Notes: generated by a model not told the origin, from the letters alone. Counted from the first letter of the stretch, positions 48,862 to 59,165 are shown. The stretch is DNA of 64,000 bases from Candidatus Hecatella orcuttiae (GCA_002011035.2 MTLY02000003.1:608001-672000), one strand, 5' to 3'. Numbers and translations are program-made.

Positions 48862-49674
48862 ATGTCCATAACCTCTCAAGCCGAACCTCTGGCTAAGATT
48901 CGAAGCAAACAGATGATGGAGCTTCTCGCCTCAGGGAAGAGGATCGACGGGCGAGACCTTCTCGCCCAGAGGGAAATCACACTGGAAAGGGGAATCATAG
49001 AGAAGGCGGAAGGCTCAGCCTCCGTCACCTTGGGAAACACCCGGGTGCTGGTGGGGGTTAAAATCGAGGCTGGGGAACCCTACCCTGACACGCCAAACCA
49101 AGGGGTCCTAACCGTCAACGCCGAGTTCGTCCCCTTGGCTCACGAGTTCTTCGAGCCCGGTCCTCCTAATGAGAACTCTATCGAGCTTGCTCGAATAGTG
49201 GACAGAGGCATCCGGGAGTCTAAGGCTGTGGACTTGGAGAAGCTGGTCCTCACCCCCGGCCGCCTTGTGTACGTGGTCTTCGTAGACATCTACATTCTCA
49301 ACCACGACGGAAACTTGGTGGATGCCTCCGAGTACGCTGCTTTGGCTGCGCTTCAACAAGCCAAGCTGCCCAAGGTTGAAGTCGGGGAGGACGGTGAAGT
49401 CAAGAGGACGGGTGAATTCGAAAAACTGCCGGTGGTGGACACGCCTATATCCGTGACGGTGGCGGAGATAGACGGCAAACTTCTGGTCGACCCCAACTTG
49501 GAGGAGGAGAACATGGCGCAGGCTAAGGTAACCATGACGCTGACCAAAGATAACAAGCTTTGCGCTGTCCAGAAAAGCGGAGCCGGAACCTTCGCCTTCA
49601 ACCAAATTCTTGAATGCTTCAAGATAGCCCGAGAAAAGTCTTCGGAGATTCGGAGAAAGTTTTTCGAGGAGTAG
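48862..49674 (+). CDS. rrp42: Exosome subunit Rrp42
   Basis: RIDGR, KAEGSA, P.PDTP..G, FEPGPP, DRGIRES, DGNL.D, DP..EE. Confidence 0.96.
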   Translation: MSITSQAEPLAKIRSKQMMELLASGKRIDGRDLLAQREITLERGIIEKAEGSASVTLGNTRVLVGVKIEAGEPYPDTPNQGVLTVNAEFVPLAHEFFEPGPPNENSIELARIVDRGIRESKAVDLEKLVLTPGRLVYVVFVDIYILNHDGNLVDASEYAALAALQQAKLPKVEVGEDGEVKRTGEFEKLPVVDTPISVTVAEIDGKLLVDPNLEEENMAQAKVTMTLTKDNKLCAVQKSGAGTFAFNQILECFKIAREKSSEIRRKFFEE

Positions 49675-49682
49675 CTGAAACC

Positions 49683-49949
49683 ATGGGGCGAACGAAAAAA
49701 GTAGGAATCGTCGGCAGGTTCGGAGCTCGAGGCGGCTCCAGCCTCAGGAAGGCTCGGGCTAAGATTGAAGAAGAAGCTAAAAGCATCTACGAGTGCCCCC
49801 AATGCCTCCGGAGGGCCGTGAAAAAGTTCAGCGTGGGAGTTTGGAAATGCTCTCGATGCGGCTTCACCTTTGCAGGCGGAGCCTATAAGCCCTCCACCAA
49901 GCTGGGGGAGACGGTGAAGAAAGAGAGAGACCGTCTTCTGAAACATTAG
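49683..49949 (+). CDS. rpl37ae: 50S ribosomal protein L37Ae (eL43)
   Basis: MGRTKKVG..GRFGAR.G...CPQC...GVWKC.RC...AGGAY; ATG 49683. Confidence 0.95.
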   Translation: MGRTKKVGIVGRFGARGGSSLRKARAKIEEEAKSIYECPQCLRRAVKKFSVGVWKCSRCGFTFAGGAYKPSTKLGETVKKERDRLLKH

Positions 49950-50069
49950 CTGCGTTCTCAAAACACTCAGTCCAGCTTCTCCACCTGCGAGAAGAAGAGT
50001 GCGGCAGCTCAGCGGTCGAGCTAAATAGCTTCCCTGCATCCTTATCTTTCAGGAACCGGAGGATTATCC

Positions 50070-51425
50070 ATGCGTCCTGAGAGAAAACTTCCCGTCGCCC
50101 TCACCATAGCGGGAGTGGACAGCTGCGGAGGCGCAGGGGTAGCCGCTGACCTTAAAACCTTCTCCGCCCTAGGAGTCCACGGCGCCTGCGCAGTCACAGC
50201 CTTAACAGCCCAAAACACCCGAAGCGTCGCTGAAATTTCACCCGTGGAGCCTAGGTTTCTGGAAAAGCAGCTGGAAACCCTCCTGGCAGACCTGAAGGTC
50301 AACGCCTTCAAGACCGGCATGCTCCCCAGCCGGGAAACCGTGGAATGCGTCTCAGATTTCATGGAAGACGGCCGGCTGAAAAAGGCCGTGGTGGACCCTG
50401 TTTTCAAGGCGACCACCGGGAGACGGCTGTCGGCTGAGGACGCTGTGGAAGCCTACGCCCGAAGGCTTCTCCCCCAGGCAACGCTGGCCACTCCCAACCT
50501 CTGGGAGGCAGAAAAACTCTCAGGGGTCAGAATAAAAAGCCTCCGAGAGCTGAAGAAGGCGGCTAGAAAAATCTCCGACCTAGGGGTGAAAGGCGTCGTG
50601 ATCAAGGGAGGCCACCTCCGAGGCGGCAAGGCCGTAGACCTCCTCTACTGGAAGGGAGAATTCGCAGTCTACCCCAAACCTCGGCTTCCCGTCTCCCTGC
50701 ACGGGGGAGGCTGTGTTTTCTCAGCCGCCCTCACAGCCCTGCTGGCTAAGGGGCTGGAGCCCTGGAAGGCGGTAGAGGAGGTGGAGGCCTACATTCATCC
50801 CCTTTTCCAGTTCGGCCTCCAGGTGGGAAGCGGCTTGAAGGTGGTGAACCCTCTGATTCCCCTCTACAACGAAGCTGAAAAAGCCGCTGTGGCGGGGAAC
50901 GTGGATGAAGCCCGGTGGAGGATTGTGAAGGATAAGAGGTTTCACCCCTTCATCGCCCAGGTAGGCAGCCAAGTGGCCATGGCGCTGCCCTATCCCACCT
51001 CCACAAACCATGTGGCCGCCGTGGAGGGAAGAATCCGGAGGGAGGGCGGTGAAATCAAAGCCTCAGGCCCCGTCAGATTCGGAGTCTCCACCCACATGGC
51101 CCGGCTCATCCTAGCCGCCACTCAGTTGGGGTCCTCCAAGAGGGCGGCTTTGAACCTCCACTACCACAGAAGACTGCTTCAAGCCTTGAAGAAGGCGGGA
51201 ATGAAAACGAGAAGCTTCAACCGGCGGAAGGAACCCGGCCCTGTGAAAAAGGTGGAAGGAAGCACGCTGCCCTGGGGCCTCCGGACGGCTGCTCTCCGGG
51301 CGGGGGAAGTGCCCGACGTCCTCTACGACTTGGGGGAGAAAGGCAGGGAGCCGATGATAAGGGTGCTGGGGGAGACAGCGGTGGAAGCAGTGGAGAAAGC
51401 GTCTAGGGCCTTAGAGTTTTTATGA
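50070..51425 (+). CDS. thiDN: ThiD-ThiN fusion (HMP/HMP-P kinase plus thiamine-phosphate synthase ThiN domain)
   Basis: TIAGVDS.GGAG..ADLK, TAQN, VDPV, TPN..EA, KGGH; C-terminal ThiN ([21 protein letters not shown]). Confidence 0.9.
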   Translation: MRPERKLPVALTIAGVDSCGGAGVAADLKTFSALGVHGACAVTALTAQNTRSVAEISPVEPRFLEKQLETLLADLKVNAFKTGMLPSRETVECVSDFMEDGRLKKAVVDPVFKATTGRRLSAEDAVEAYARRLLPQATLATPNLWEAEKLSGVRIKSLRELKKAARKISDLGVKGVVIKGGHLRGGKAVDLLYWKGEFAVYPKPRLPVSLHGGGCVFSAALTALLAKGLEPWKAVEEVEAYIHPLFQFGLQVGSGLKVVNPLIPLYNEAEKAAVAGNVDEARWRIVKDKRFHPFIAQVGSQVAMALPYPTSTNHVAAVEGRIRREGGEIKASGPVRFGVSTHMARLILAATQLGSSKRAALNLHYHRRLLQALKKAGMKTRSFNRRKEPGPVKKVEGSTLPWGLRTAALRAGEVPDVLYDLGEKGREPMIRVLGETAVEAVEKASRALEFL

Positions 51426-52053
51426 CTTCTTCCGCCCGCTTTTTCGCCTCCCCGAGCCTCCGTCTTCTCAGCAGCTGTTTGACGGTTTTGTCTCTGATGA
51501 TCCTGTAGAGCAAGCGGCGTTTGGAGTCCTCCCCTAAACTCATGCCTTTCAGCCGGGTTCTCACATGGTTTTGAAGTTTAACCTGCAAGAGGTCTTCCGG
51601 GGTTATAGTCTCTTCCACTCTTTTACGGAGAATCCTAGCCATGGCAGGGCTTTTCCCCCGAGTGGACACGGCTATCCTGAAGTCCCCCACCCTAGCCACC
51701 GCCGGGGTGATGAAATCGCTCACCGAAGGATTGTCCACCGCGCAGACGAGAACCCCGAGCTTTTTCGCCTCCCCCACCACAGCCTCGTTGAGGCAGCGGT
51801 CATCGCAGGCAGCGAACACAACGCTGGACTGAGCCATCACCCTGCGGAGTTTGGGGAGATTCTTTTCCACATCAAGCTCTACCAGTTTGACTCGCCCAGT
51901 TTCCCCCATTTTTTTAAGGCGGGGAGTGAAGTCTCTGCTGGCTATCACGACCTTCGCCCTTTCTTCCAGAGAATTTTCAGCCTTCCTTTCGCCGACTTTC
52001 CCGCCGCCTACTATGAGGACAGTTTTCCCGTCCAGCTTCAAGTCGATGAGCAC
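51403..52053 (-). CDS. sirC: Precorrin-2 dehydrogenase (SirC/Met8-like)
   Basis: LIVGGGKVGERK, VDNP..SDF..PA, IAVST.GKSPAMAR. Confidence 0.9.
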   Translation of the reverse strand: MLIDLKLDGKTVLIVGGGKVGERKAENSLEERAKVVIASRDFTPRLKKMGETGRVKLVELDVEKNLPKLRRVMAQSSVVFAACDDRCLNEAVVGEAKKLGVLVCAVDNPSVSDFITPAVARVGDFRIAVSTRGKSPAMARILRKRVEETITPEDLLQVKLQNHVRTRLKGMSLGEDSKRRLLYRIIRDKTVKQLLRRRRLGEAKKRAEEVIKTLRP

Positions 52054-52096
52054 TTTCCCTTCCTCCCGCAGTTCAAAGCCTAGGATTCACTCAGCC

Positions 52097-53284
52097 TTAG
52101 TGGACGCCATCGTAGAGGCAGGAGGGGTCTTCAGCCTGCAAGTCGCCGTATTTCACGTAGGCCCTCACCCGGCAGCCTCCTCCGCAAAGCTCTTTGTAGG
52201 GGCATAGCCCGCATTTCCCCTTCAGGTTTTTTGTTTTACTTCGGAAGGCTGAAAGAACAGGGCTGTCGCTCTCATTCCAAAGCTGGCTGAAGCTTTTTTC
52301 CTTTACGTTTCCGATCCTCAACTCTCTCAGCTGGGCGAATTGGCAGGGATAGACGTCTCCCACAGCGTCCACGTTGGCAACTCTGTCCCCCGCGCTGCAC
52401 GCGTCTCCCATAAACTGGAGAAGCCTAACGGCGCCTTCGTACTCCGGCGAGTTCTCCTCCCTCATTCTATTCAGCAAGTAGACAGCGTCTTGAGGGGCGT
52501 CCACCGACAGGATTTCCATGCGGCTGGGGCCAAGTTCCTTCGCTTTCCTGTATAAGACATCTAAAACCCAAGCTGTTTGGCTGCGTTCCAGTTCTCTGCG
52601 GGTGAAGTTCACCTTACCTCTGCCGCTGGGAACAAGCCAGTAGAGGCAGAACCTAGGCACCTCCAACCGAGCGGAGAGGTCGATGAGGGAGGGGAGTTCA
52701 TGAAAATTAAACTGGGTAACGGTAACTCTCACCCCACACTTCAATCCCACCCTGATGCAGTTTCTCAGGGCTTGCACAGCCTTCTGGAAGCTTCCCGGCT
52801 GCCCCCTCATGGCGTCGTGGGTCTTCTCGCTCGCGCCGTCCAAGGAAATTCCAACATACTCGATTCCTAGGCTCTTTATTCTCTCCGCCGCCTTCTCCGT
52901 TATGAGGGTGCCGTTGGTGCTCAGCGCTGTCTTCAAGCCCCTCCGCCGGGCGTAGCTGGCGATTTCCCAGAAGTCCTCCCTAACCAAGGGTTCCCCTCCG
53001 CTGAACATGAGGAGAGGGACTGGAATCTGGGAAAGGTCATCTATGAAAGCTTTAGCCTCATCCAGCGACAACTCCCCCTGCCTCCGCGCCGAGGGCCCTG
53101 CGCTGAGGTAGCAGTGGCTGCAGGAGAGGTTGCATTCATTCGTCATGTTCCAGAAAACGAGAGGTCGCCGGGTTTCGGTGAAGGCCAGAAACTTGCTCGG
53201 CTGCAGGTGAGGCGGCTGTGTGCGATGCTTGATAACCTCGCTTACCACACCCTTTCCGTGCAGAAGCTCGGTGAAACGAATCAA
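52097..53284 (-). CDS. ahbC: AhbC radical SAM (Fe-coproporphyrin synthase, SPASM domain)
   Basis: Extended N-terminus typical of AhbC (…FLAFTETRRPLVFWNMT..CNLSCSHCY), YVGISLDG, YWLVPSGRG, SPASM Cys set. TTG 53284 after AAGGAG preferred to ATG 53350. Confidence 0.8.
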   Translation of the reverse strand: MIRFTELLHGKGVVSEVIKHRTQPPHLQPSKFLAFTETRRPLVFWNMTNECNLSCSHCYLSAGPSARRQGELSLDEAKAFIDDLSQIPVPLLMFSGGEPLVREDFWEIASYARRRGLKTALSTNGTLITEKAAERIKSLGIEYVGISLDGASEKTHDAMRGQPGSFQKAVQALRNCIRVGLKCGVRVTVTQFNFHELPSLIDLSARLEVPRFCLYWLVPSGRGKVNFTRRELERSQTAWVLDVLYRKAKELGPSRMEILSVDAPQDAVYLLNRMREENSPEYEGAVRLLQFMGDACSAGDRVANVDAVGDVYPCQFAQLRELRIGNVKEKSFSQLWNESDSPVLSAFRSKTKNLKGKCGLCPYKELCGGGCRVRAYVKYGDLQAEDPSCLYDGVH

Positions 53285-53411
53285 GGCCTTCTCCTTCTTT
53301 CCTTTTTTTTCAGATGTTCTCCGTTTAGGCCTCCTCTTGTAGGTTTCCATTCAGCCAGCCGATAGCTAATATAGGAGTCGTTTTTCCTCCTATTAAAGGA
53401 GAACCCTACGC

Positions 53412-53882
53412 ATGGTCACCCTCGACAAGACCGACAGGAAACTGCTTCAACTGGTGCAAGACGATTTTCCCTTGGTGGAGAAGCCTTGGGCTGAGGTTGC
53501 AGCCAAACTCGGTGTGGGAGAAGAGGAAGCGATCCGCCGTGTAAAACGCCTCCTTAGAGAGGGGGTGATATCTAGGATCGGTCCTATCATCGACGCGAGG
53601 AAGGTGGGTTTGAAAGCTTCGACGCTAGTCGCTGTGAAGGTGGCTGAGGGTGAAGTTGAAAGAGTAGCTCGGATAATCAACGGCTTCAAGGAAGTTTCTC
53701 ACAACTATGAAAGGGACAACGCCTACAACCTGTGGTTCACCGTGACAGCCCGTGATGAGGAGGAGCTGGAAAAGGTTCTTAAAAAGATAAAGAGGAAAAC
53801 AGGGATTAGAGAAGATGATTTCCTAGAACTCCGCTCCCAACGTGTCTTCAAAATAGGTTTGAAGTTCAACTTCACGGAATAA
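53412..53882 (+). CDS. ahbA: Siroheme decarboxylase subunit AhbA (Lrp-like)
   Basis: Q.DFPL..KP, STLVA, VSHNYER, YNLWFT, FKIG. Confidence 0.88.
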   Translation: MVTLDKTDRKLLQLVQDDFPLVEKPWAEVAAKLGVGEEEAIRRVKRLLREGVISRIGPIIDARKVGLKASTLVAVKVAEGEVERVARIINGFKEVSHNYERDNAYNLWFTVTARDEEELEKVLKKIKRKTGIREDDFLELRSQRVFKIGLKFNFTE

Positions 53883-53902
53883 GCCGATCTCGGGATGAAA
53901 AT

Positions 53903-54370
53903 ATGGACAGCATAGACCGGGAGATACTGTATCTGCTTCAAGAAGGTTTACCTCTATCCAGTGAACCCTTCGCCCTCATAGCCGAGAAACTGGGAATAAC
54001 CCCCGGAGAAATCCTATCCCGGCTGAAGCTTCTGCGGGAAGAAGGTGTCATCCGAAGGTTCGGAGCTTCCCTCAGGCCGCCGAAGGTGGGAATATTGGCT
54101 AATGCCATGGTCGCTTGGAAGGTGCCCTCCGGCCGTGTGGAAGCCGTGGGAACGGCTCTCTCCCGCTTCCCAGAAGTAACCCACTGTTACGAACGCCGGA
54201 CGGTGCCGGGAAAATGGGACTACAACCTCTACACAGTTGTCCACGGCCCCAACCAAGAGACGGTGCGAAGACTGGTAGCCCGCATGGCGAAGAAGACGGG
54301 GATAAAAGACTTCATCATCCTCTTCAGCACAAAAGAGTTCAAGAGGGCGAGTGCGGGGAGGATCACCTGA
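53903..54370 (+). CDS. ahbB: Siroheme decarboxylase subunit AhbB
   Basis: GLPL..EPF, IRRFGA, NAMVAW, VTHCYER, YNLYTVVH, LFSTKEFK. Confidence 0.88.
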   Translation: MDSIDREILYLLQEGLPLSSEPFALIAEKLGITPGEILSRLKLLREEGVIRRFGASLRPPKVGILANAMVAWKVPSGRVEAVGTALSRFPEVTHCYERRTVPGKWDYNLYTVVHGPNQETVRRLVARMAKKTGIKDFIILFSTKEFKRASAGRIT

Positions 54371-55442
54371 ATTTTTTCGGCTGGTAGACGCACCAAGGCT
54401 CCTCGGCCAAGTAGTCTCCCTCCAGCCCTGTGGGCGCTCTCAAGCCTCCGCAGACGTCGGTGAAGTCGCGGGTTAACCCATAGGCGCGAGCCCGGCATCC
54501 CCCGCAGATGTCCCTGTAGTCGCAGACGCCGCATTTTCCCTTCAAATTGTCGAAGTTTCGAAGTTTCTTGAAGACCTCGGAGTGAAACCATATGTCCTTA
54601 AAGCTTTCTCTCCTCACGTTGCCGGCTTCCACAGGCAGGTAGGGGCAGGGAGTGACTTCCCCCGTGGGGTAGATTCGGCAGTACCAGAGCCCGGCGATGC
54701 AGCCGCGCCCCCACCTCTTCAGCTCCAAGCCTTCCTGTTTGGCTATGCGCATAAACTGCGGCGCGCAGGTGGGTTTCACCTCAAAACTGTAGCCGCCTTT
54801 CTTCCCCAGGAGCTTCCTTATCATTTTCTCATACTCAACCGGCGAAAGGTCTTCCAGCTCTCTTCCCCTGCCCGTGGGGACGAGGAAGAAAAGATGGAAG
54901 TCGCTGGCTCCCAGCTCTTGGGCCAGGTTTAAAATGTCTTCGATTTCCCCGTAGTTATCCTTGGTGACGGTGGTATTAACCTGCAGGTCGATTCCATGGC
55001 GGAGGCTGGCCTTTATCCCCCTGACAGCTGCCTCCCAAGAGCCTCGGAGGCCTCGGAACCTGTCATGCTTCTCAGGGTTTGCTGAGTCCAGGCTGACGGC
55101 TATCTTGGATATTCCTGCCTTCCTCAGCTTTTCCGCGATGATGTCGGTTATGAGAGTGCCGTTGGTGCCCATGACAACCTTTAGGCCCTTTTCCGTCCCC
55201 CAGCGGGCAAGCTGGAAGATGTCATCCCTCATCAAAGGCTCTCCGCCGCTGAGGATGAGGATGGGTTTGCCTACTTCAGCGATCTGCTCAATCAGCCTCC
55301 GTCCTTCCTCGGTGGTTAAGGCTCTGTCGTCCACCCGCTGCTGGGCGTCAATGTAGCAGTGGGCGCATCTCAGGTTGCATTTGAAGGTGGTGTTCCAAGA
55401 TATGAGGCGGGGTGTGAAGTTGTAGACCATGGCTGAGAGCAT
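54363..55442 (-). CDS. ahbD: AhbD radical SAM heme b synthase
   Basis: PRLISWNTT..CNLRCAHCY, FFLVPTGRG, KPTCAPQFMR, GCIAG, PCPY, SPASM. Confidence 0.82.
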   Translation of the reverse strand: MLSAMVYNFTPRLISWNTTFKCNLRCAHCYIDAQQRVDDRALTTEEGRRLIEQIAEVGKPILILSGGEPLMRDDIFQLARWGTEKGLKVVMGTNGTLITDIIAEKLRKAGISKIAVSLDSANPEKHDRFRGLRGSWEAAVRGIKASLRHGIDLQVNTTVTKDNYGEIEDILNLAQELGASDFHLFFLVPTGRGRELEDLSPVEYEKMIRKLLGKKGGYSFEVKPTCAPQFMRIAKQEGLELKRWGRGCIAGLWYCRIYPTGEVTPCPYLPVEAGNVRRESFKDIWFHSEVFKKLRNFDNLKGKCGVCDYRDICGGCRARAYGLTRDFTDVCGGLRAPTGLEGDYLAEEPWCVYQPKKFR

Positions 55443-55634
55443 CCTTGAAAGTTTTAAAGCCTCTGAAGGTATGCCTTCCTTTAGCTTGTTTTTTTGGGTA
55501 ACATGTAAAAAAGTTTTTGAGTAATAAGGCTTTTTCTACAGCTGATTTTTTGGAGAAAACTTATTAGAGAAACCGCCCATCTAAGTATCGCCGCAGCATT
55601 AAGGAAATCTTCTGTTAAGGATGGGTTCGGGGTT

Positions 55635-56957
55635 TTGAGGATCCTCAACCTCAAGGCTACATACAAGAGAGCGTCCATACCTTTGCTTGAGAAACTCACT
55701 TTCCAAGATCCTCAAAAAGCCATAAAGAAAATACGGGATATCGAAAACGTGGCCGAAGCTGTAATCCTCCAAACCTGCAACCGGGTGGAGATCTTCACCG
55801 CAGCCCAAAACCCTGAAGCCGGAGAAGCCGTCGGCGAGTATTGGAGGAAAGAAGTCAACGTCGAGAAAGAGAAATTTTACAGCCTCATCGAAGCAGCTTA
55901 TGACACTGAGGCTATAACCCACCTTTTCCGGCTGGCTTCAGGCCTTGAGTCCATGGTAATCGGGGAAGCTCAGATCCTCGGCCAGGTTAAAAAAGCCCTC
56001 CAAGAAGCGAAGAGAAACGACACCGTAGGCCCTCTGCTCGAAAAAGTTTTCACCAAGGCGATCAAGACGGGGGGTCGAGTTCGCCTTGAAACCAGCATAG
56101 GCCGAGGTGCTGTTTCCATAGGTTCGGTGGCCGTGAATTTAGCAGAAGAAGTTCTCAACGGCTTGGAAGGAAAGAGGTTTCTCATCCTAGGAGCTGGGGA
56201 AACCGGCACATTGGTGGGGAAAGCTCTCGCAGCCAGACGGCAGGCCGCGGTCATCGTGGCCAACCGAAGTTATCCCCGCGCCGTCAGATTGGCTCGGATG
56301 CTGGGCGGTCGAGCTGTGTCCTTCAGTCAGCTGGGGAAATTTCTGGCTGAAGCCGACGTGGTGGTGGTCGCCACCTCAGCGCCCCACCCAGTGTTAAGGC
56401 TGTCAGCAGTGGAGGAAGCTCTCAGGAGGAGAAGTAAGGCGGAGAACCCCCTGCTCATCATCGATCTTTCCCAGCCTAGGAACGTGGACGCCGAGATAGC
56501 CCGCCTTCCGGGGGTTCAACTCCACAACATCGATGACCTCCAAAAACTTGGGGAGGTAAATCTTAAAATGCGCGCCGCAGAGGTGGAAAAGGCTGAAAGG
56601 ATTGTTGAGAGGGAGGTTAAAAATTTGGAGTCAGCTTTGAGGCGGGAAACCGTGGAGCCGGTGATCTCAGCCCTCTACAGCAAGGCTGAGGAAATTCGGA
56701 GAAAAGAAGTGGAAAGAGCTCTCAGGATGCTGGGTGGAGGAGATGGGCGCTGGCGGAGGTTTCTCGAGGACCTGTCCCGTGAACTTGTTGAGCGGATTTT
56801 TCACTATCCTGTTCAAGCCTTGAGGAAGGCTGCTGAAAAAGACCAAGCTGCCTTCATCTCGGCGGTTCAGGAGCTCTTCAACCTAAAAGCCGGAGGGGAA
56901 ACCCGTGGTCTTCCCAACGCTTCGCATGAGAAGGTTGCGAAGGACATCGAAGCTTAG
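55635..56957 (+). CDS. hemA: Glutamyl-tRNA reductase
   Basis: QTCNRVE, HLFRLASGLESMVIGE.QILGQ, GAGETG, NRS, DLSQPRNV. Confidence 0.95.
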   Translation: MRILNLKATYKRASIPLLEKLTFQDPQKAIKKIRDIENVAEAVILQTCNRVEIFTAAQNPEAGEAVGEYWRKEVNVEKEKFYSLIEAAYDTEAITHLFRLASGLESMVIGEAQILGQVKKALQEAKRNDTVGPLLEKVFTKAIKTGGRVRLETSIGRGAVSIGSVAVNLAEEVLNGLEGKRFLILGAGETGTLVGKALAARRQAAVIVANRSYPRAVRLARMLGGRAVSFSQLGKFLAEADVVVVATSAPHPVLRLSAVEEALRRRSKAENPLLIIDLSQPRNVDAEIARLPGVQLHNIDDLQKLGEVNLKMRAAEVEKAERIVEREVKNLESALRRETVEPVISALYSKAEEIRRKEVERALRMLGGGDGRWRRFLEDLSRELVERIFHYPVQALRKAAEKDQAAFISAVQELFNLKAGGETRGLPNASHEKVAKDIEA

Positions 56958-57882
56958 GCAGCTGGTAAGGGAGACGGTTCTGACTCCCAGCGACCTAGTT
57001 TATCCCCTCTTCGTGGAAGAAGGCCTTGAGAAGGCTAGGCCCATCGAAAGTATGCCCGGCCAGTTTCAACTCCCCCTCAACAGGGTGGCGGAGGAAGCGG
57101 AGGAAGTTGCCTCCCTCGGAATCCCCGCCCTCATCCTCTTCGGAATCCCCAAAACCAAGGACGACTGGGGCTCCTCAGCCTACAGCCCCCAAGGCATCGT
57201 CCAGCAGGCGATAGGCGAGATAAAGAGGGCGATGGGCGACAGGCTTGTGGTGGTGACGGATGTCTGCCTCTGCCAGTACACAAGCCACGGGCACTGCGGC
57301 ATCCTCCAAGGGCAGGAGATGGTCAACGACGCCACCTTGGAGGTTTTGGAAAAAGTCGCCCTCAGCCACGCTCGCGCAGGAGCCGACGTGGTGGCTCCCT
57401 CAGCTATGGTGGACGGTCAAGTTCAAGCTATCCGAAAGGCCTTAGACCGGGAGGGCTTCGAAAACGTGGCCATCATGGCCTACTCCGCCAAGCAGGCGTC
57501 CAGCTTCTACGGCCCCTTTAGGGAAGCCGCCTACTCGGCTCCAGCTTTCGGTGACAGGAGAAGTTACCAGATGGACTACGCCAACTCCGACGAAGCCTTG
57601 AGGGAGGTGGAGCTGGACGTAAAGGAGGGAGCGGACATCGTCATGGTGAAGCCGGCTCTCCCTTGCTTAGATCTCATCCACCGGGTGAAGACCGCGTTCC
57701 GAATGCCCACCGCCGCCTACAGCGTCAGCGGAGAATACTCGATGATCAAGGCGGCGGCTGCGAGAGGCTGGGTGCATGAGAAGGCGGCGGTGCTTGAGGT
57801 TTTAACCGCCATCAAGAGAGCTGGAGCCGACATCATCCTCACCTACCACGCCAAGGAAGCGGCTGGGTGGCTGAAAGAATGA
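56905..57882 (+). CDS. hemB: Porphobilinogen synthase (Zn type)
   Basis: DVCLCQYTSHGHC, APSAM.DG, FYGPFREA, MVKPA, YSVSGEY. Confidence 0.96.
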   Translation: MVFPTLRMRRLRRTSKLRQLVRETVLTPSDLVYPLFVEEGLEKARPIESMPGQFQLPLNRVAEEAEEVASLGIPALILFGIPKTKDDWGSSAYSPQGIVQQAIGEIKRAMGDRLVVVTDVCLCQYTSHGHCGILQGQEMVNDATLEVLEKVALSHARAGADVVAPSAMVDGQVQAIRKALDREGFENVAIMAYSAKQASSFYGPFREAAYSAPAFGDRRSYQMDYANSDEALREVELDVKEGADIVMVKPALPCLDLIHRVKTAFRMPTAAYSVSGEYSMIKAAAARGWVHEKAAVLEVLTAIKRAGADIILTYHAKEAAGWLKE

Positions 57883-59156
57883 AGACGTCCAAAAGCTTCT
57901 ACGAGAAAGCTAAGGGCCTCATGCCCGGAGGCGTCAACAGTCCTGTCAGGGCTTTTGAGCCCTACCCCTTCTTCACCGATCACGCTGAGGGGTCCAGGCT
58001 TTTCGATGTGGATGGGAACGCTTACATCGACTACTGCATGGCCTACGGACCCCTTCTGCTGGGACATGCTCCCTCGGAGATTGTGGAAGCCGTCCGCCGG
58101 CAGCTGGGGAAGGGGACGATGTACGGGACTCCCACTGAAGCCGAGGTGGAGCTGGCGGAGCTCCTAGTTGAGGTTGTTCCCTGCGTTGAAATGGTTAGGG
58201 TGGTGAACAGCGGAACCGAAGCCACCATGCACGCCCTCCGGGTTGCCCGAGGCTGCACTGGAAAGGATAAAATTGTGAAGTTTGAGGGCTGCTACCACGG
58301 CGCCCACGACTACGTCCTCGTCCAAGCCGGCTCCGGGGCTACTGCCTTCGGAGCGCCCACATCCCTAGGGGTTCCGAAGGACTCCGCCAAGAACACCTTG
58401 GTTGTGCCTTTCAATAACCTAGGCGCGTTGGAAGAGGTTGTGGAGAAAAACCAAGGGGAAATCGCCGCGGTCCTCATGGAGCCGGTGGTGGGGAACGCGG
58501 GGGTCATCCTTCCCAGAAACGGCTACCTTCAAGCGGTCAGAAGGCTGACGGAAAAGAACGGAATCATCCTCATCTTCGACGAGGTGATCACCGGGTTTAG
58601 GCTTGCCTTGGGAGGAGCTCAGGAATACTTCCAGATCACACCCGACATGGTGACCTTGGGGAAGATCATGGGGGGCGGTTTCCCCATGGCCGCCTTCGGA
58701 GGGAAAAAAGAGCTCATGCAGCTTGTCTCCCCGGTGGGGAAAGTCTACCAAGCCGGAACCCTCAGCGGCAACCCCATCTCCGTGGTGGCAGGGCTTACAA
58801 TGTTGAATATTCTAAGAGAGAAGAAAACCCTCATCTACAGCCAACTGGAAAGGCAGGGCGACGCCCTCAGAAAAGGACTCTCCGACCTCGCCGAAGACCG
58901 AAAAGTGCCGGTGCAGGTGAACGGTTTGGCCTCCATGTTTCAGGTCTTCTTCACCCCCCAGCCTGTCTTCGACTACAAGGCGGCGCAGAGTTCGGATAAG
59001 GCTAAGTTTCAACGCTACCACAGAAAACTGATGGAGCGGGGAGTGTTCATTCCCCCCTCTCAGTTTGAAACATGTTTCCTCTCCACCGCGCACAGCGAGG
59101 AGGATGTGGCTGAAACCTTGGAGGCGGCAGACGCGGCTTTTCAATCACTCCGGTAG
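57879..59156 (+). CDS. hemL: Glutamate-1-semialdehyde 2,1-aminomutase
   Basis: PGGVNSPVR, NSGTEA, GCYHG, FDEVITGFR, GKIMGGG, AGTLSGNP; ATGA overlap with hemB. Confidence 0.96.
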   Translation: MKTSKSFYEKAKGLMPGGVNSPVRAFEPYPFFTDHAEGSRLFDVDGNAYIDYCMAYGPLLLGHAPSEIVEAVRRQLGKGTMYGTPTEAEVELAELLVEVVPCVEMVRVVNSGTEATMHALRVARGCTGKDKIVKFEGCYHGAHDYVLVQAGSGATAFGAPTSLGVPKDSAKNTLVVPFNNLGALEEVVEKNQGEIAAVLMEPVVGNAGVILPRNGYLQAVRRLTEKNGIILIFDEVITGFRLALGGAQEYFQITPDMVTLGKIMGGGFPMAAFGGKKELMQLVSPVGKVYQAGTLSGNPISVVAGLTMLNILREKKTLIYSQLERQGDALRKGLSDLAEDRKVPVQVNGLASMFQVFFTPQPVFDYKAAQSSDKAKFQRYHRKLMERGVFIPPSQFETCFLSTAHSEEDVAETLEAADAAFQSLR

Positions 59157-59165
59157 CGGGTTGCC

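Noticed and set aside
45858-50039. Long minus-strand ORFs (228-279 aa) opposite psmA, SBDS and the rrp genes
   Set aside because: Antisense shadows of conserved genes with GC-rich third positions; no motifs.
53412-54370. Two Lrp/AsnC transcription regulators
   Set aside because: The HxYxR motifs and position between ahbC and ahbD identify them as AhbA and AhbB.
56905-56957. 53-nt hemA/hemB overlap as a possible frameshift
   Set aside because: Both proteins are complete; hemA simply has a short non-conserved tail.
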